A stretch of 63,162 nt of DNA, filler included, from Globobulimina sp. (GCA_003354225.1; 31 parts of 31 records of this genome joined end to end with filler, not necessarily neighbours in it); one strand, 5' to 3'. Positions 34,846 to 47,617 are shown, counted from the whole stretch's first letter. The notes: generated by a model not told the origin, from the sequence alone. Made by a program: numbers and translations.

Positions 34846-36647
34846 TTATTGTGGTCTAATTGCTAAACAATTATTCGATGCAATTCCACGTCTTGGATGA
34901 TGATATTTTATTTTATGCAATTCCCATCCATTTTGTTTAAAAACGGAACCATTATTTTGTATAAAAACTGGTATGGAATCATATGGTTCGATAATTATAA
35001 ATTCTTTAAATACTGATTGTAACATTACAGATTTATTTATTCTCTTAATTCCATTCAATATTTCTATCAAAAAAATATCATTTAAATATATAGATTGTTT
35101 CCATCCATATTTTGAATTCATGATACTATAAATAATAATTTTTGTTAATTTTCTTTGAAATATAGTTAATAATTTCGTAAAGTTAATAGTTTCTCCATTT
35201 GTATTATCACTAATAATAAAAAATAATGGTTTTAATAATCTATATCCATAGCGATTCTTTTTTTCTTTTTCTCTATGTCGATTAATTTGATGTAAATTTA
35301 ACTCAATTTGATGAATATTATTTGCAAAATTTGCAAACAAATTGCTAATATAAACAGGAATATCCGATACTTCCTCTCTTGATTCATTTCCAAATACATT
35401 TAATGATAAATAATTTAACATTAAAAATGATAAGCAATGGACATCAATTTTCTTAACTGGATAGATTTTGATTGGAAATCCCATAAACATCCTAGCTAAA
35501 AAAAGAATAGGTTTAATAAACGCAGCATAATCCTGTTTGACTTTGATGTGATGAATGCTGAGAAAATCAAATTCTTGCAAACCACCGATAAAAAAACGTT
35601 CGTTTTCCTCTGTATAGTCACTAAAAAACTGACAATTAAAAAGATAATGTCCCGAACCACTGTTCCAAATGTCAACTACGAGCCCATCTGTTTTGGCAAA
35701 GGTTCCATGGGCAATCTCGAATTCTGTTAAATTAAATTAAGAAAAACACACATACTAAAATATCAAATGGAACACGTACACAACGTGACAAACCTGCAGT
35801 GATTGAAAGTGGTCCATAAATCCTAAAATTGGTTGATTGGAATAGCAGTTCTTTGGATAGTCCATGATAGAATATCTTTACTGGCGATTTTGACATCATT
35901 GTCCCGAAGCATTCAACAGTTTCTCTTAATAACCGGGCCCAGTTTGCAAAATAAGAATGTCGTTGTTTCATGGATTCATCACTTTCATTCCAATATATAC
36001 GACGGAATGTAGCTGTAAATTCATATTGTTGCGCACTGAAATTTGTATAAAATAATAAGCTCATTAAATGAGCAATTGTTATTAATGCACCACTTGCAAT
36101 ATCATATATTTTTTGCCAAATGGGTTGATTACAAACTAAATCGCAATCTGGATTTTTTAACCATGCATCATATTTAATTCGTGCTTTCAATTTTGTTTGT
36201 TCCCATTGGTCAATGCCAAAGGGTGCTACTTTATTATTCAACATTTCATCTTTAAAGGATGGATAAATAGCATCAACATACCAGTCACCTAATACATAAC
36301 CGGTATTATATTCTATTACTCGAGCATAAATCCGATTATATTCTTGTTTATTTCCTTTATAAAATGGCCAATACCAATATCTAACACCTGCAGAATATTG
36401 TGATTGAATATGGCCATATATCATAATATTCTCTTTACACACTTTACCAATTACTAATGCATCAGATTTATATTTAACTGATAACTTTTTTATAAAGTTA
36501 ATAATATTTGATTCATTGTTATTAATATCTATCTCTAACGAATCAGTCTCGTATTCTTCATCTAATATCATTGCATGAAATGCACCAAAGCAATTTGTAT
36601 CAATTTTATGTCGAAATATTTCATCTAACAATGAACCAACAAAACAA
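34846..36647 (-). CDS. Orphan protein with ADP-ribosyltransferase-like motif order, 2 exons, 5'-truncated
   Basis: Intron 35724-35793 fuses the two ORFs: IFYHGL...GPLSITA|EFEIA..FA..DGLVV...FSDYTEENERFFIGG. Confidence 0.65.
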
Positions 36648-36747
36648 NNNNNNNNNNNNNNNNNNNNNNNNNNNNNNNNNNNNNNNNNNNNTTAATTAAT
36701 TAANNNNNNNNNNNNNNNNNNNNNNNNNNNNNNNNNNNNNNNNNNNN

Positions 36748-36990
36748 AAGGAAACAGTTATTGATATGAAATGTGGTGGCTTTCATAATAGTGTGGAAAC
36801 GGCGGATATCAAATATTATTTATGGGGAGATAATGGATATAATCAATGTTTACATGTTCGTGATGCCAATCCGCCAGAATATATTGAGAAACCCTTATTA
36901 TTTAATTCAAATTATTTTGATACAGATGAAGAAATTCTTGAAATGTATCCTGGATGGAATGAAACACGAATAATAATTTGTAAAATTTAA
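36748..36990 (+). CDS. RCC1-repeat protein C-terminal fragment
   Basis: VIDMKCGGFHNSV...YLWGDNGYNQC RCC1 repeat. Confidence 0.75.
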   Translation, partial: KETVIDMKCGGFHNSVETADIKYYLWGDNGYNQCLHVRDANPPEYIEKPLLFNSNYFDTDEEILEMYPGWNETRIIICKI

Positions 36991-37302
36991 ATGAAGATGA
37001 AAGCATCAGACGATACATCATGAAACAATGTGATATTACATATCGGCATTTCTTTGATTGTATATAAAATGTTTTTTGTTGAATTATATAAAAATTGACA
37101 TTTTCACTGAAACATTTCCACTGCCTGCATGATACATGCACTCTTACATCATGATCAACGAAATAGACACTTACTTCAGTATGGAGTCCGAAATAATCCA
37201 AACATATCAAGACTGTCTGTTTGTACTTTGTTTTTGTGTTTCCCTTAAGGGAGACCCCTATTAAAACTGTTTTCAAACTTTAATAAACATTTCACCCTTA
37301 TC

Positions 37303-38687
37303 ATGTCTTCTTTGATTATACAACTTTTCCCCGCAATACATATGTTGATAATTTGGTCACTAACAATTGCTATGGTCAACCCGTACAACCTCCTAAAATC
37401 TGTAGAATTATCCCCATCAAACAGAGAAATGGATGGAGTGCGTGTAATGACGAATATCAATGAAGTAACAACAATTAATGAGCAATGGCACGTGCATATA
37501 GCTTCGCAAAACCAATGGCAATTTATTATATTTGTAGATTCTGCATTTAGTTTTGACGAATATCTTGACTCGACGATCAGTATAACTCTCAATACCAATC
37601 ATCATTTATGGAACCCAGGCAGTGCATTATTATTTGGCTTTACCTCTACAAACACGCACTATATTTCAGCAACAATTCCTCTGAGCTCTACAAACCATCC
37701 AAACCAAATATATCCGGCATGCGACCAATCTGTAACATCAACGCAACTATTTGCCAGTGGTGATATAGCCGCGCTTCCTAAGTATGATCGTAGTTGCGAT
37801 ATAGCGGCCGGTTCATGTGCTAACTGGAGGGACATGCTGCCGATAAATAGCGCACTCACTGCTGGATTACCAATTACATTTACATTAGAAAATCATCCCG
37901 ATACACATACATTTTCTCTGCATTTGGAGGCAAACTCATTCCCAACTGACTTCCGACAAACGTGTCGATTCGGTGCTACATTCCCTGCAAACAATATGTT
38001 TAAAATATATATTGCTGGTAATGACCCATCGCAGTCCTACGCAATCACTTCATTTGTGATTGAATCCGCAATAAAATATCCCACTGCATTCCCTACCTTA
38101 TCCCCAACTTTATCGCCAAGCAAAAATCCAACTTTATCACCAACCAAAGCCCCAACGAAAAATCCAAGTGTGCCACCAACCAGAAACCCAACTTTATCAC
38201 CAACAAAAAACCCGAGTCAGTCACCGACAAACCGACCAAGTGTATCACCGACGAAAAATCCAACTGCATCACCCACAAAAAATCCAACATCATCACCAAC
38301 AAAAAATCCAAGTGTTTCACCAACAAACAATCCGACAAATCAACCAAGTGTATCACCCACAAAATATCCAACTGCATCACCAACAAAAACGCCAAGTGTA
38401 TCACCATCAAATCCGCCGACAATGGCAACATTGTCACCAACCACAGGCAATCCAACAGCATATCCAAGTACATCACCGACAGCAAACCCAACCACAGCTG
38501 CTCCGACACCAAGACCTGTTCCTTATGGATTCGAATGGGGTCCACATGATAACCTTTGTCCCATCACCAATGAAGGACTGTTATGCAGTGCGACACAGGA
38601 TATTTTAGCAGCCGCTGATGGCATAATAGCATGTAATTTGCAACCATATGATTGTTGTATGTGTCCCCGTATTGAGTGTGGAGTTGG
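37303..38687 (+). CDS. Secreted PT-repeat plus Cys-rich protein, 3'-truncated
   Basis: Signal peptide; PTKNPT repeats; PRPVPYGFEWGPHDNLCP...PYDCCMC is homologous to the contig-2 gene. Confidence 0.8.
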
Positions 38688-39588
38688 NNNNNNNNNNNNN
38701 NNNNNNNNNNNNNNNNNNNNNNNNNNNNNNNTTAATTAATTAANNNNNNNNNNNNNNNNNNNNNNNNNNNNNNNNNNNNNNNNNNNNTATACAGGAGTAT
38801 AGGATTTCGACCTATCATGGGATGGGTGGGGAACCAATTTAGTATCTAACTATCCTGTGCATATTCATACTTTTTTTATTTTTTTTTTTTTTTTGTTTTA
38901 ATGGCCTCAATATAAGATATTAATAATTTCGCAGTTTTTAAATATTGATTGTAAATATCAATAATTTCAAATACTTTTTGTTATTTTTTGTCAATTAATT
39001 TATTAAAATAATCTGTTTTTTCATATTTTATGGATAAATCTAATGCTAACTTATAATAATTATATTATACACAATTATTTATAGCTGTTACTATATTACC
39101 GTACTAAAAATAAATCAGTACTAAATTAATAGCCACTGTTAAACACAAAAATAATTCGCAGCTATGTATTGGATGCGGTTAATCGTAATACATTCTTAAA
39201 AACATTCGGCCAGCTTCGAATAATAAATAATTCAACTACCACAATATGATGGATGTAATATTGTATTCTCATCAGAATTTATTCAGAAACAGCTTTGGCA
39301 TAAACCATATTGATACCCTTCATTTTCTCCACATAACCAAAATTTACTTGACACTCTTCGTTATTCATTGACTGTCATTCCTTGGTTTCAACATATTTAT
39401 CTTCCTTGGAAATAATTTATAATGCACCGGATAAAGCCATTGGCGATCAAAATCTCATTGTTTAACCTCAAAAATAGTTTGTAGGCGATTTGGATATCGA
39501 ATAACGTCCACACGAACAGATTCGATTCAATTAGTTTCTATTTGACCATAGTTACTTACAGAATCAACTAAAAGCAAAAATTCTTTAT

Positions 39589-40727
39589 ATGGGCTGCACT
39601 GATTCAGAAATGGCAGAACCAGACAAAAAAGAAGAAAAAGACGAGTATAAAATTACTGAGAATGAACAAAATAATTTATTGCAAGATTTTTTTTCAAAAG
39701 AAGCAGTAACAATTGTCGTTACAGACATTGGTTTAGGTGGAATGTCTGTATTTGATTATATTGAAAATAGCCTATCAGTGAAATCTCAAAACGCTGAGTC
39801 ATTACCATTTAAAAAGGTGAATTTAGTGTATTGGAATAGTCAGGTCGCGGATAGGTACACTTTACATCCTATACAAGAACAAATTGCTAAATTCGATAAG
39901 CAGCTAACTATGATGCAGAATGACCATCAGCCAGATATTATTTTAATTGCTTGTAACACCTTATCTGTGATTTATAACAAAACACCATTTTATTCCCAAA
40001 CAAAAATCCCAATTTTATCCATTGTTGATTTTGGTGTAAAATTATTTAATGATAAATTATTAACCGATAAAAAAAATAATTTAAATTCAATTATGGTGAT
40101 ATATGGCACTGTGACCACTGCAAAAGTCGGGCAACATAAAAAAATTATGAAAATGGATGAGAATATGAGTAAAAGTGGTGTTGATATGGATAAATATATT
40201 GTATTGCAAGGATGTAAAGGCGGTGCTACTGCTATTCAGGTAATATATACATATATTTTCTTATTTGTTTTAATTTATAATTCATTGCCAAGGGCAAAGG
40301 AGCGGACAGTGATGAGGTAAAAGCGTTAATTGATGGATATGTAAAAGATTCATATGAGCAAATTAAAGGTAATAAATTAGAATTAAAGGTGGATACAAAA
40401 GTATATGCGGGTTTATGTTGTACTCATTATGGGTATTCATATCCATTTTGGTTGGAATCATTAATAAGATATAAAAAAGAATATATTGATGATGACGATA
40501 ATAAGGAGATGAAGGATGAAATGCATGGCATTGAAATTATTAATCCAAATAATTCAATGGGTGCTTTTATTTCTGATAATAAGGTGTTTAAAATCAATGA
40601 ATTTAAGACGAAAATTGTAATGGATTTATCCGTGTTTTCGCCAAATTGTTTATTAGAAGAAATTGAAAGAGAATCAATTTCAAAATTATTACAGCAAAAT
40701 TCAGCAAATGTTTTATTAAAATGTGAA
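39589..40727 (+). CDS. Asp/Glu racemase family (MurI-like) protein, 2 exons, 3'-truncated
   Basis: VTDIGLGGMSV, ILIACNTLS, IYGTVTT, GLCCTHYGY; GT-AG intron 40240-40292 restores the frame; MGC N-terminus. Confidence 0.85.
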
Positions 40728-40859
40728 NNNNNNNNNNNNNNNNNNNNNNNNNNNNNNNNNNNNNNNNNNNNTTAATTAATTAANNNNNNNNNNNNNNNNN
40801 NNNNNNNNNNNNNNNNNNNNNNNNNNNGAGTCTACGCGTTGTATTTGTATTTATTTAGT

Positions 40860-41672
40860 TCAAGGAATAAATTTTCTGTAACGATCTCCATAAATGGTCA
40901 CAGTCCGCTGACACAATTCGAATGTGAATGTAGTGCCTTTGAACGGTACACAAATCATTTTGTTTTTATTTGGCAACAAAGTCACAATTCCCATTCTATT
41001 TTTTGAAATCAATACAACAATCCCTTCATAGCTCTCATAAAACTTTCTCGATTTACATTGAATAATTCTTAGCAAACATCCATGCAAATCAAGTTTCGAT
41101 ATAGTTTCATTGAAACGTTTCTTTGCATCAATCATTACACGATTTGCGTATTTACTCCATAACTTATATAAAGGCATAACTTTATTTATTGTTAATGTGT
41201 TTTTTGAGTTTTTAATACATTCCTTAATAAACTCATTATGCTTTTTAGTGTTTTTCAATCTCCATTTAAATGATTTTGGCTTTGCTGTCTTGCGAAATCT
41301 ATTCCATTTAAATATTTTTCTAATTTTGAGTCCTAACAAACCACCGTCACCGTCAATTCGCTTCGTTGCTGACGCATTATTAAGATCATTATTTGCATTT
41401 GTCATACGAACATGTTGTAACCCCAGGTTATTCCATGAATTTTGCCTGTTTTTATTCATAATACGGAATGTTTCCTCTCTTGCGCGCAAATTGAAAAAAT
41501 TATCAATGAATGAAGAATTCTTTGTTACGGACGCGTCTCGCTTTGATAAGGACGGAGTTGCTTTGATTAGAAAATTAACCACTGATTTAGGCAATTTCTG
41601 CGATACTTGAATGCTTGCATCGCCTTTATAGCGATGGACCCTTCTCTTCGGCATTGAGCGTCTCTTCGACAT
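40860..41672 (-). CDS. POP4: RNase P/MRP subunit POP4/RPP29
   Basis: PLYKLWSKY, KLDLHGCLLRIIQCK, EGIVV, VPFKGTTFTF, IYG. Confidence 0.85.
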   Translation of the reverse strand: MSKRRSMPKRRVHRYKGDASIQVSQKLPKSVVNFLIKATPSLSKRDASVTKNSSFIDNFFNLRAREETFRIMNKNRQNSWNNLGLQHVRMTNANNDLNNASATKRIDGDGGLLGLKIRKIFKWNRFRKTAKPKSFKWRLKNTKKHNEFIKECIKNSKNTLTINKVMPLYKLWSKYANRVMIDAKKRFNETISKLDLHGCLLRIIQCKSRKFYESYEGIVVLISKNRMGIVTLLPNKNKMICVPFKGTTFTFELCQRTVTIYGDRYRKFIP

Positions 41673-41786
41673 TATGTGTACTCACTAAAATTGAGTTGAA
41701 AGTCCTTGCACAAAAACATTTTAGTACAACTTGCAAGATTATTATCGTTTTGTAACGGTGAATTGCGCTCAACATCACAACACAGT

Positions 41787-42362
41787 TCAGGTTGGTGTGT
41801 CAGTATTTTCCTTTGGCATTTTTATGGTGAAATAACATTTCGGATACTGTGGTATATCAACAGTGACAGTTGCATTTCGTCCCAAATTTTTTATTGCCCC
41901 ACGGATCATTCCAGCAGTCACATTTAAATACAATAAAGCAACTTTTGTTTCTATTAAATTTGGATTTGGCTTATCTTGATTTGGTGGCTTGTTACTGATG
42001 GAATTTGAAGAGGATATTTTTTTGATCCATGGAAAATATGAATCATGGATCACATATGTTCCTTTATGATTGGTTTGCAACTTATCCACTTGCGATTTGT
42101 TGAAACAATAATTCCAAAAATCTTTACATAAAAATTTTATTATATCCAATTCACGGTTAAAACGTGCATGGTCTTTTACTAATTTTTCCAACAAACGTAT
42201 TCCTAAATGTTCACCAATGCTTTGTAATTTATCATATAATTCTGACTCTTCCCAATTATTCTCATCCGCCAATTGTTTATATTGTTGCACTAATGCCAAC
42301 AATAAATATTCCAAACATGAGGATGCCACTTCAGGCGACTGCTTGTTGAATGCATACGACAT
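41787..42362 (-). CDS. TRAPPC6: TRAPP complex subunit TRAPPC6/Trs33
   Basis: LDIIKFLCKDFW, VDKLQTNHKGTYVIHD, GMIRGAIKNLG. Confidence 0.92.
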   Translation of the reverse strand: MSYAFNKQSPEVASSCLEYLLLALVQQYKQLADENNWEESELYDKLQSIGEHLGIRLLEKLVKDHARFNRELDIIKFLCKDFWNYCFNKSQVDKLQTNHKGTYVIHDSYFPWIKKISSSNSISNKPPNQDKPNPNLIETKVALLYLNVTAGMIRGAIKNLGRNATVTVDIPQYPKCYFTIKMPKENTDTPT

Positions 42363-42490
42363 GGTTCAATTTGAGGTTTTTCGCTCAACGTTTTGCACAT
42401 TTTCTCGTGTTTAGTCAACAAGGATAGCCGCACAAATTGATAAATTCATATAGTTAGAAACCACAGCAACAACACAACCACACAGAAAAT

Positions 42491-42668
42491 ATGTTCATTC
42501 ACGTTAAATCATTGAATGGCAACAAAAATCAAATCAATGTCGATGAGGACGCCACAGTAAAACAAGTAAAGCTTATTTTACAAGAAAAGGAAGGCATTCC
42601 CGCAGAACAATTAAGAATTATTTTTAAAGGAAAATTACTAAATGACACCGACAAATTGGGGGATAAAG
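42491..42668 (+). CDS. Ubiquitin-like protein (NEDD8/Rub1-like or UBL domain), first exon
   Basis: MFIHVKSLNG...QEKEGIPAEQLRIIFKGKLLND; probable intron begins about 42669. Confidence 0.8.
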
Positions 42669-42967
42669 GTCTGTTGTTTTATTGATGGTGTATATTCCAC
42701 GCAAATTCGCAAATTTATCTCGTACCATCGCAGACATATTGTTTGATAAAAAAATGATGATATATTGNNNNNNNNNNNNNNNNNNNNNNNNNNNNNNNNN
42801 NNNNNNNNNNNTTAATTAATTAANNNNNNNNNNNNNNNNNNNNNNNNNNNNNNNNNNNNNNNNNNNNTAAAGTACAATAAATTATACACTTTGTGTCATG
42901 CGCATATACGTCAACACATCATAAAAAAAAAAGTAAAACCAGATTAACAATAAACTCACCGGCCAGT

Positions 42968-44032
42968 TCACCACTGACATAATTGATTTTTTTCAGCATT
43001 TCTTTTATTTCTTTGTTCCTTTTGTCTTTGTACAAAAGATTGTTGTTTACTACGTCTCCTATTATTATTGTTGTTGTTCACAATCGCGGCAGCTTTAAAC
43101 ATTCGATTCCTTCTATTCACAAAATCCTTACAATCCTTCATCATCCTACTTTTTTTAATTTGATTTTTATTGCGTTTGTATCGTTGATTTCTTTTCTTTG
43201 AATGTATCGATTTGAAGGCATCCGCCTCTTCTTTGGATAGCAATTTGGTGGTACTCTGTTTTTGGTATTTTGCTTGTTGTGATTTATAAATTAATCTCTC
43301 TTTTGCTGTTTGCAATTTATCCCTTCTCTGCAATAAATATAATTGATACGCTTTAAACCATGACATTGATTTATCCAATTTCTTGTAATTGGGGTTCAGA
43401 TGAATTAATTGTCTCCGCCATAAAATATCTAAATGTTGCCGCAAATGAGGATTTATTTTATATATTTTCTTCAATTCAGACGGTTTTAATGATCCATAAA
43501 TTTGTTGCACTAAATCTCCATTCAACTCACATGATATTTTACCAATGGACATTGCGTTTTGTTTCATGACACGAATACACATTTTTTGCAATGATGGCAC
43601 TGATTTATTGCCACCAAAAGCAAACATCCCTGAATTGGAATTATTATTATTTGAATTATTTAATCTCTGCCGCTTGTTATTTGTGTTATTATTTACATTA
43701 TTAACGTTTTCTGGTAATGGTCTTTTTCTGTTTTGTGTGATAGGTTTGTTGTATTTTTCTTGTTGTTGTTCTCTTTTGACGGATAATGTGGCAATTTCCT
43801 TCCAATTATTTACTAATTTCCATGCTATTTTGTGTATTTTTGAAGGTAAATCTGTTCGTTTGCTTAATTTATTCACAATAGCACCGACTCGCGTTGACTT
43901 TAAGGTTTCTATGCACATTTCCACCGATTCTAAACGGTCCAACATTTCAACTATTTCGCAATGGTCGGTAGAGTGTTGTAATATCGACACGCATGATTTA
44001 ATGTGTTCAATTTCCTGATTGTTCATATTCAT
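42968..44032 (-). CDS. Elongin A-like protein (TFIIS-N/LW domain plus BC-box)
   Basis: LKSTRVGAIVNKL...AWKLVNNWKE TFIIS N-domain; VPSLQKMCIRVM BC-box; LWRR...SWFKAY Elongin A domain. Confidence 0.82.
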   Translation of the reverse strand: MNMNNQEIEHIKSCVSILQHSTDHCEIVEMLDRLESVEMCIETLKSTRVGAIVNKLSKRTDLPSKIHKIAWKLVNNWKEIATLSVKREQQQEKYNKPITQNRKRPLPENVNNVNNNTNNKRQRLNNSNNNNSNSGMFAFGGNKSVPSLQKMCIRVMKQNAMSIGKISCELNGDLVQQIYGSLKPSELKKIYKINPHLRQHLDILWRRQLIHLNPNYKKLDKSMSWFKAYQLYLLQRRDKLQTAKERLIYKSQQAKYQKQSTTKLLSKEEADAFKSIHSKKRNQRYKRNKNQIKKSRMMKDCKDFVNRRNRMFKAAAIVNNNNNNRRRSKQQSFVQRQKEQRNKRNAEKNQLCQW

Positions 44033-44116
44033 AAACCACGTAAGTATTACAAATGTTAATAATATTTAAAGGGGGTTTTTTATTAAAAAAAGTTTAAAGA
44101 TTTAGTCCTAACCACA

Positions 44117-44773
44117 ATGGATTATCATGGAGGCGCAGGCAACACATACTCCAACTTTATCAAATCAACTGTCCCCAAGACACGCAAGCGCGACAATTCA
44201 ATCTGCTGGAATTTGTCTTGCTTTTTATGCGAATTATGGGCGCATTTTCCCACCTTTCATCCAATGGGACCTTTTCGATGTTGTTGGGATATTTTTATTT
44301 TATTGGCAGTGATATACACAATAATTGAGATGCCGTATACATTGACATTTGGTGTTAATGATTCTATTATTTTTGTTTCCTTAGTCATAGACTGTATAAT
44401 GGCAATTGATATATTTTTAAATTTCCATACAGCATATTTCAGTAAGTTTGATCATTTGAGATTAACAACTGATAAAAGATCCATTTGCAAGAAATACTTA
44501 CGAAGACGCTTCATATTTGATTTCATCGCAACAATTCCGTCTGGCTTATTGTGGCATGTTAACGTTAATTTTTGGTACTTGAAAGTATTTCGACTGTTCA
44601 GAATATTGAAAATTCTTCGAATGATAAGAATGATGCATATTTATTCCTTTCTACGCCAAGTCGCTGTATATAGAGAAGTCGCCATATTCTTGAAAATAGG
44701 CAAAATCATAGCACTCATGGTATTATTATCGCATTATTCGGCTTGGTTTGTACAAATTCATTTCGATCTTTGA
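44117..44773 (+). CDS. Cyclic-nucleotide-regulated/EAG-type cation channel, S1-S5 region, truncated
   Basis: FHPMGPFRCCWD, DIFLNFHTAY, FIFDFIATIP, S4 LKVFRLFRILKILRMIR, LLSHYSA. Confidence 0.85.
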   Translation: MDYHGGAGNTYSNFIKSTVPKTRKRDNSICWNLSCFLCELWAHFPTFHPMGPFRCCWDIFILLAVIYTIIEMPYTLTFGVNDSIIFVSLVIDCIMAIDIFLNFHTAYFSKFDHLRLTTDKRSICKKYLRRRFIFDFIATIPSGLLWHVNVNFWYLKVFRLFRILKILRMIRMMHIYSFLRQVAVYREVAIFLKIGKIIALMVLLSHYSAWFVQIHFDL

Positions 44774-45582
44774 TTGGTTTAATTACAATATTTGTGGTCT
44801 TCTATCANNNNNNNNNNNNNNNNNNNNNNNNNNNNNNNNNNNNNNNNNNNNTTAATTAATTAANNNNNNNNNNNNNNNNNNNNNNNNNNNNNNNNNNNNN
44901 NNNNNNNAAACAAAATATACGCTCTCGAAATGGAGGAATGATCGTAGATCACAAATGTAATAATTTTCCAAATATGAATCAACATGTCAATGAAATGTAA
45001 TAATTTTCCAAATATGAATCAACCTCGTTCAGCTTGATATCCTCAGCATCTTTACCACCGAAGAGTAAGTCCATCTCTTGGAATGGTATTTGAGGTTTCC
45101 AATTCACATTAAATTGGTTCTTGCACTCTTTCGTGAACCAGATCATCCAATGTCAACTCGATGTGTGCACATTATATTTATGTATACAATTGAGATCCCA
45201 ATAACAATCAGTGCGGTGGAAACTGTAATCATATAATTATCCTTGTTCATTGCTCTGTCTCAGTTAAATTGCTTACGGCAAAAGGTGGAAGTGGTTACGT
45301 ACGGTATCGTCAGCTAGCCCAATCTGACATGATTTCAAAGTTTTGTTACTCAAAAGTTTTGAAATCACTTCAAAAGCAGAAACAAACTCAGTGAAACTGA
45401 AAGCAAATACAGATCAGTTTGAGAACAAAGAAGAATGTGTGATTTAAATATATCGAAGATTACTGAGGCAACAATACACACACCAACACTCCATAAAACT
45501 TATTGAATTACGGTTAAGTAAACTCAGACCATTCATCAAAAAACAGTAAAAACCAAATCATTAATGTATTTTCAATCATCTT

Positions 45583-46569
45583 TTAGATGTTTACACCCAA
45601 ACTTTGTACTACTGCCCAAAATACATCAAATTGAAACGCTGTGATCACAATGGGAAATAACATGGATAATATCAGCCATACATCCAATGTCTTGCTTAAC
45701 TCTTCCCAAGTAATCTTTCCAGCTAATGCCAGACTTCCTTGAAACATAGATAAATTGAAAACGACGATCATCCAAATATAATTAAACAAAATAAATTGTC
45801 TAAATTGTTCATCATCCAATATTCCAATGTCATGTGATCTGTCAATGTTTGATGCAGTCGTTATGTAAAGTACCAGCGTCAACGTCGAAATCAAATGATT
45901 GTTCAAAATTGTAGTTATGCTTAGATGTCCAGTCCGTTGATTGTTTAATGAACACCATGAATTAAACGTATCTTTAAACACATTCCCAGTTGTGGTTTTT
46001 ATTTTCAATTGTTGTTTCCAATCTTCCATTGAAATAATTTGCAATGGATAAATACCAAAATACAGCAACAAATCTTCCAGTATTTGTCGTAACAGAAATA
46101 CAATACTAATGACACTAAAGATTTGTGAACAATTTTTCATCAAAATTCTTTGCACTGAATTTTCATAAAAAATCATCAATCTCATCACTGTCAACGTAGC
46201 TGATAGTAACAACAATACTTGGAAAAAATTCGCTCTGAATGCAAACTTGGAAGGTAATTTTGGAATAAGTGGGATAGCACTTATCATATTGATTGCAGCA
46301 AAGATACACCATACATTAACCATGAATAAGAAATCTTTTTGTTTACTTATTTCATCAAATATTTGAATCTTACCATTGATTGAAACCATCACCCATAAAA
46401 TGGTTCCAATAACCGTTGAAATTATTCCTGACATGTTATGAATTAAGATGAAGGGGTTTGTGATGTGGAAGAAACGTTTGTTCAATGAATACTTGACACA
46501 TTTAAATGTAAATTTTAAAATGTGCAGTTCCAATATCACTGAGATTAAATGTAATGCAATTTTTAGCAT
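45583..46569 (-). CDS. Hypothetical polytopic membrane protein
   Basis: 328-aa ORF with about 8 hydrophobic segments. Confidence 0.6.
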   Translation of the reverse strand: MLKIALHLISVILELHILKFTFKCVKYSLNKRFFHITNPFILIHNMSGIISTVIGTILWVMVSINGKIQIFDEISKQKDFLFMVNVWCIFAAINMISAIPLIPKLPSKFAFRANFFQVLLLLSATLTVMRLMIFYENSVQRILMKNCSQIFSVISIVFLLRQILEDLLLYFGIYPLQIISMEDWKQQLKIKTTTGNVFKDTFNSWCSLNNQRTGHLSITTILNNHLISTLTLVLYITTASNIDRSHDIGILDDEQFRQFILFNYIWMIVVFNLSMFQGSLALAGKITWEELSKTLDVWLILSMLFPIVITAFQFDVFWAVVQSLGVNI

Positions 46570-46947
46570 GCTAGCCGTAAGGTGAAGTGAATGTTGCTTG
46601 GATGATTTTGGATTTTATATCGTTTGGATTTTGAATTTGTGAATTGAAGGCTAAAAATGGAAAGAAGGCTAAAAATGGAATTATGATACAACATTCATAT
46701 TTCATAATCAATTGAACTTCATAATTCCGATCGTGGAGCACGATCAATTGAACAATTATAATAATAATCAATATGAATCATTTAATATATTTGTAAAATA
46801 TTATAAAAATCAAATACCAAATTATTTATTGCAATTATTTGTCGAAANNNNNNNNNNNNNNNNNNNNNNNNNNNNNNNNNNNNNNNNNNNNTTAATTAAT
46901 TAANNNNNNNNNNNNNNNNNNNNNNNNNNNNNNNNNNNNNNNNNNNN

Positions 46948-47546
46948 AAATGTTTCTGTTGACTGAAAATATTGATTTTAAATGGTTTGTTTGATATATT
47001 TTTCTTTTTTACCACAGGTTTAAAGTTTTTAATGTTTGTGGCTATATCACGGCATAACTGTTTATTTTTTGTGATACCAAAAGATTGACCAACATCTTTG
47101 CCAGATTTTAACAGTCGAATCTCTTTCCCAGTGCATTCACAATTTTTTATTTCATTCAAGAGTTTCTCATTCCATTTTTGTTCCAAATCCATGCTTTGAA
47201 TCCAATGCAATATGTCTGCATTACTCCATTTTGTCATTTTCTTGTATTTCCATAAATTGCTTGGTTGTGCAGCTTTTGTTTGTTTCGGTTTTACAGCTTT
47301 TGTTTGTTTAGATTTTACAGCTTTTTTGATGTCAACAGATTGGTTTCCTACAGTTGTTTCTTTTTGTTCTTGTTTCAGTTCAATTTTATTCTGATTTTTT
47401 TCAATCCAATCAATAGCATCATTGAGAAGAACAATATCATTGAACTTTTGTGCAGCAGCAAAGGAAATATCTTCTTCATATCCAATATTTATTAATTGCG
47501 AGTATAATACAACATAACCAAAATTATCTACCTTCTGCTGTGCCAT
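46948..47546 (-). CDS. Protein with UBA-like N-terminus and SAM-like domain, truncated
   Basis: QLINIGYEE...DAIDWI (UBA-like); KWSNADILHWIQSM...ECTGKEI (SAM-like). Confidence 0.6.
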
Positions 47547-47617
47547 TGTTATAATAGATAAGATGACACAAAATTATCCTACAAAAAACCACCAACCTTT
47601 TTCTTTTCCCACCAATC

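Noticed and set aside
44952-45024. Direct repeat of about 31 bp within a decayed coding-like stretch
   Set aside because: Looks like a local duplication in a pseudogene remnant; no identifiable family.
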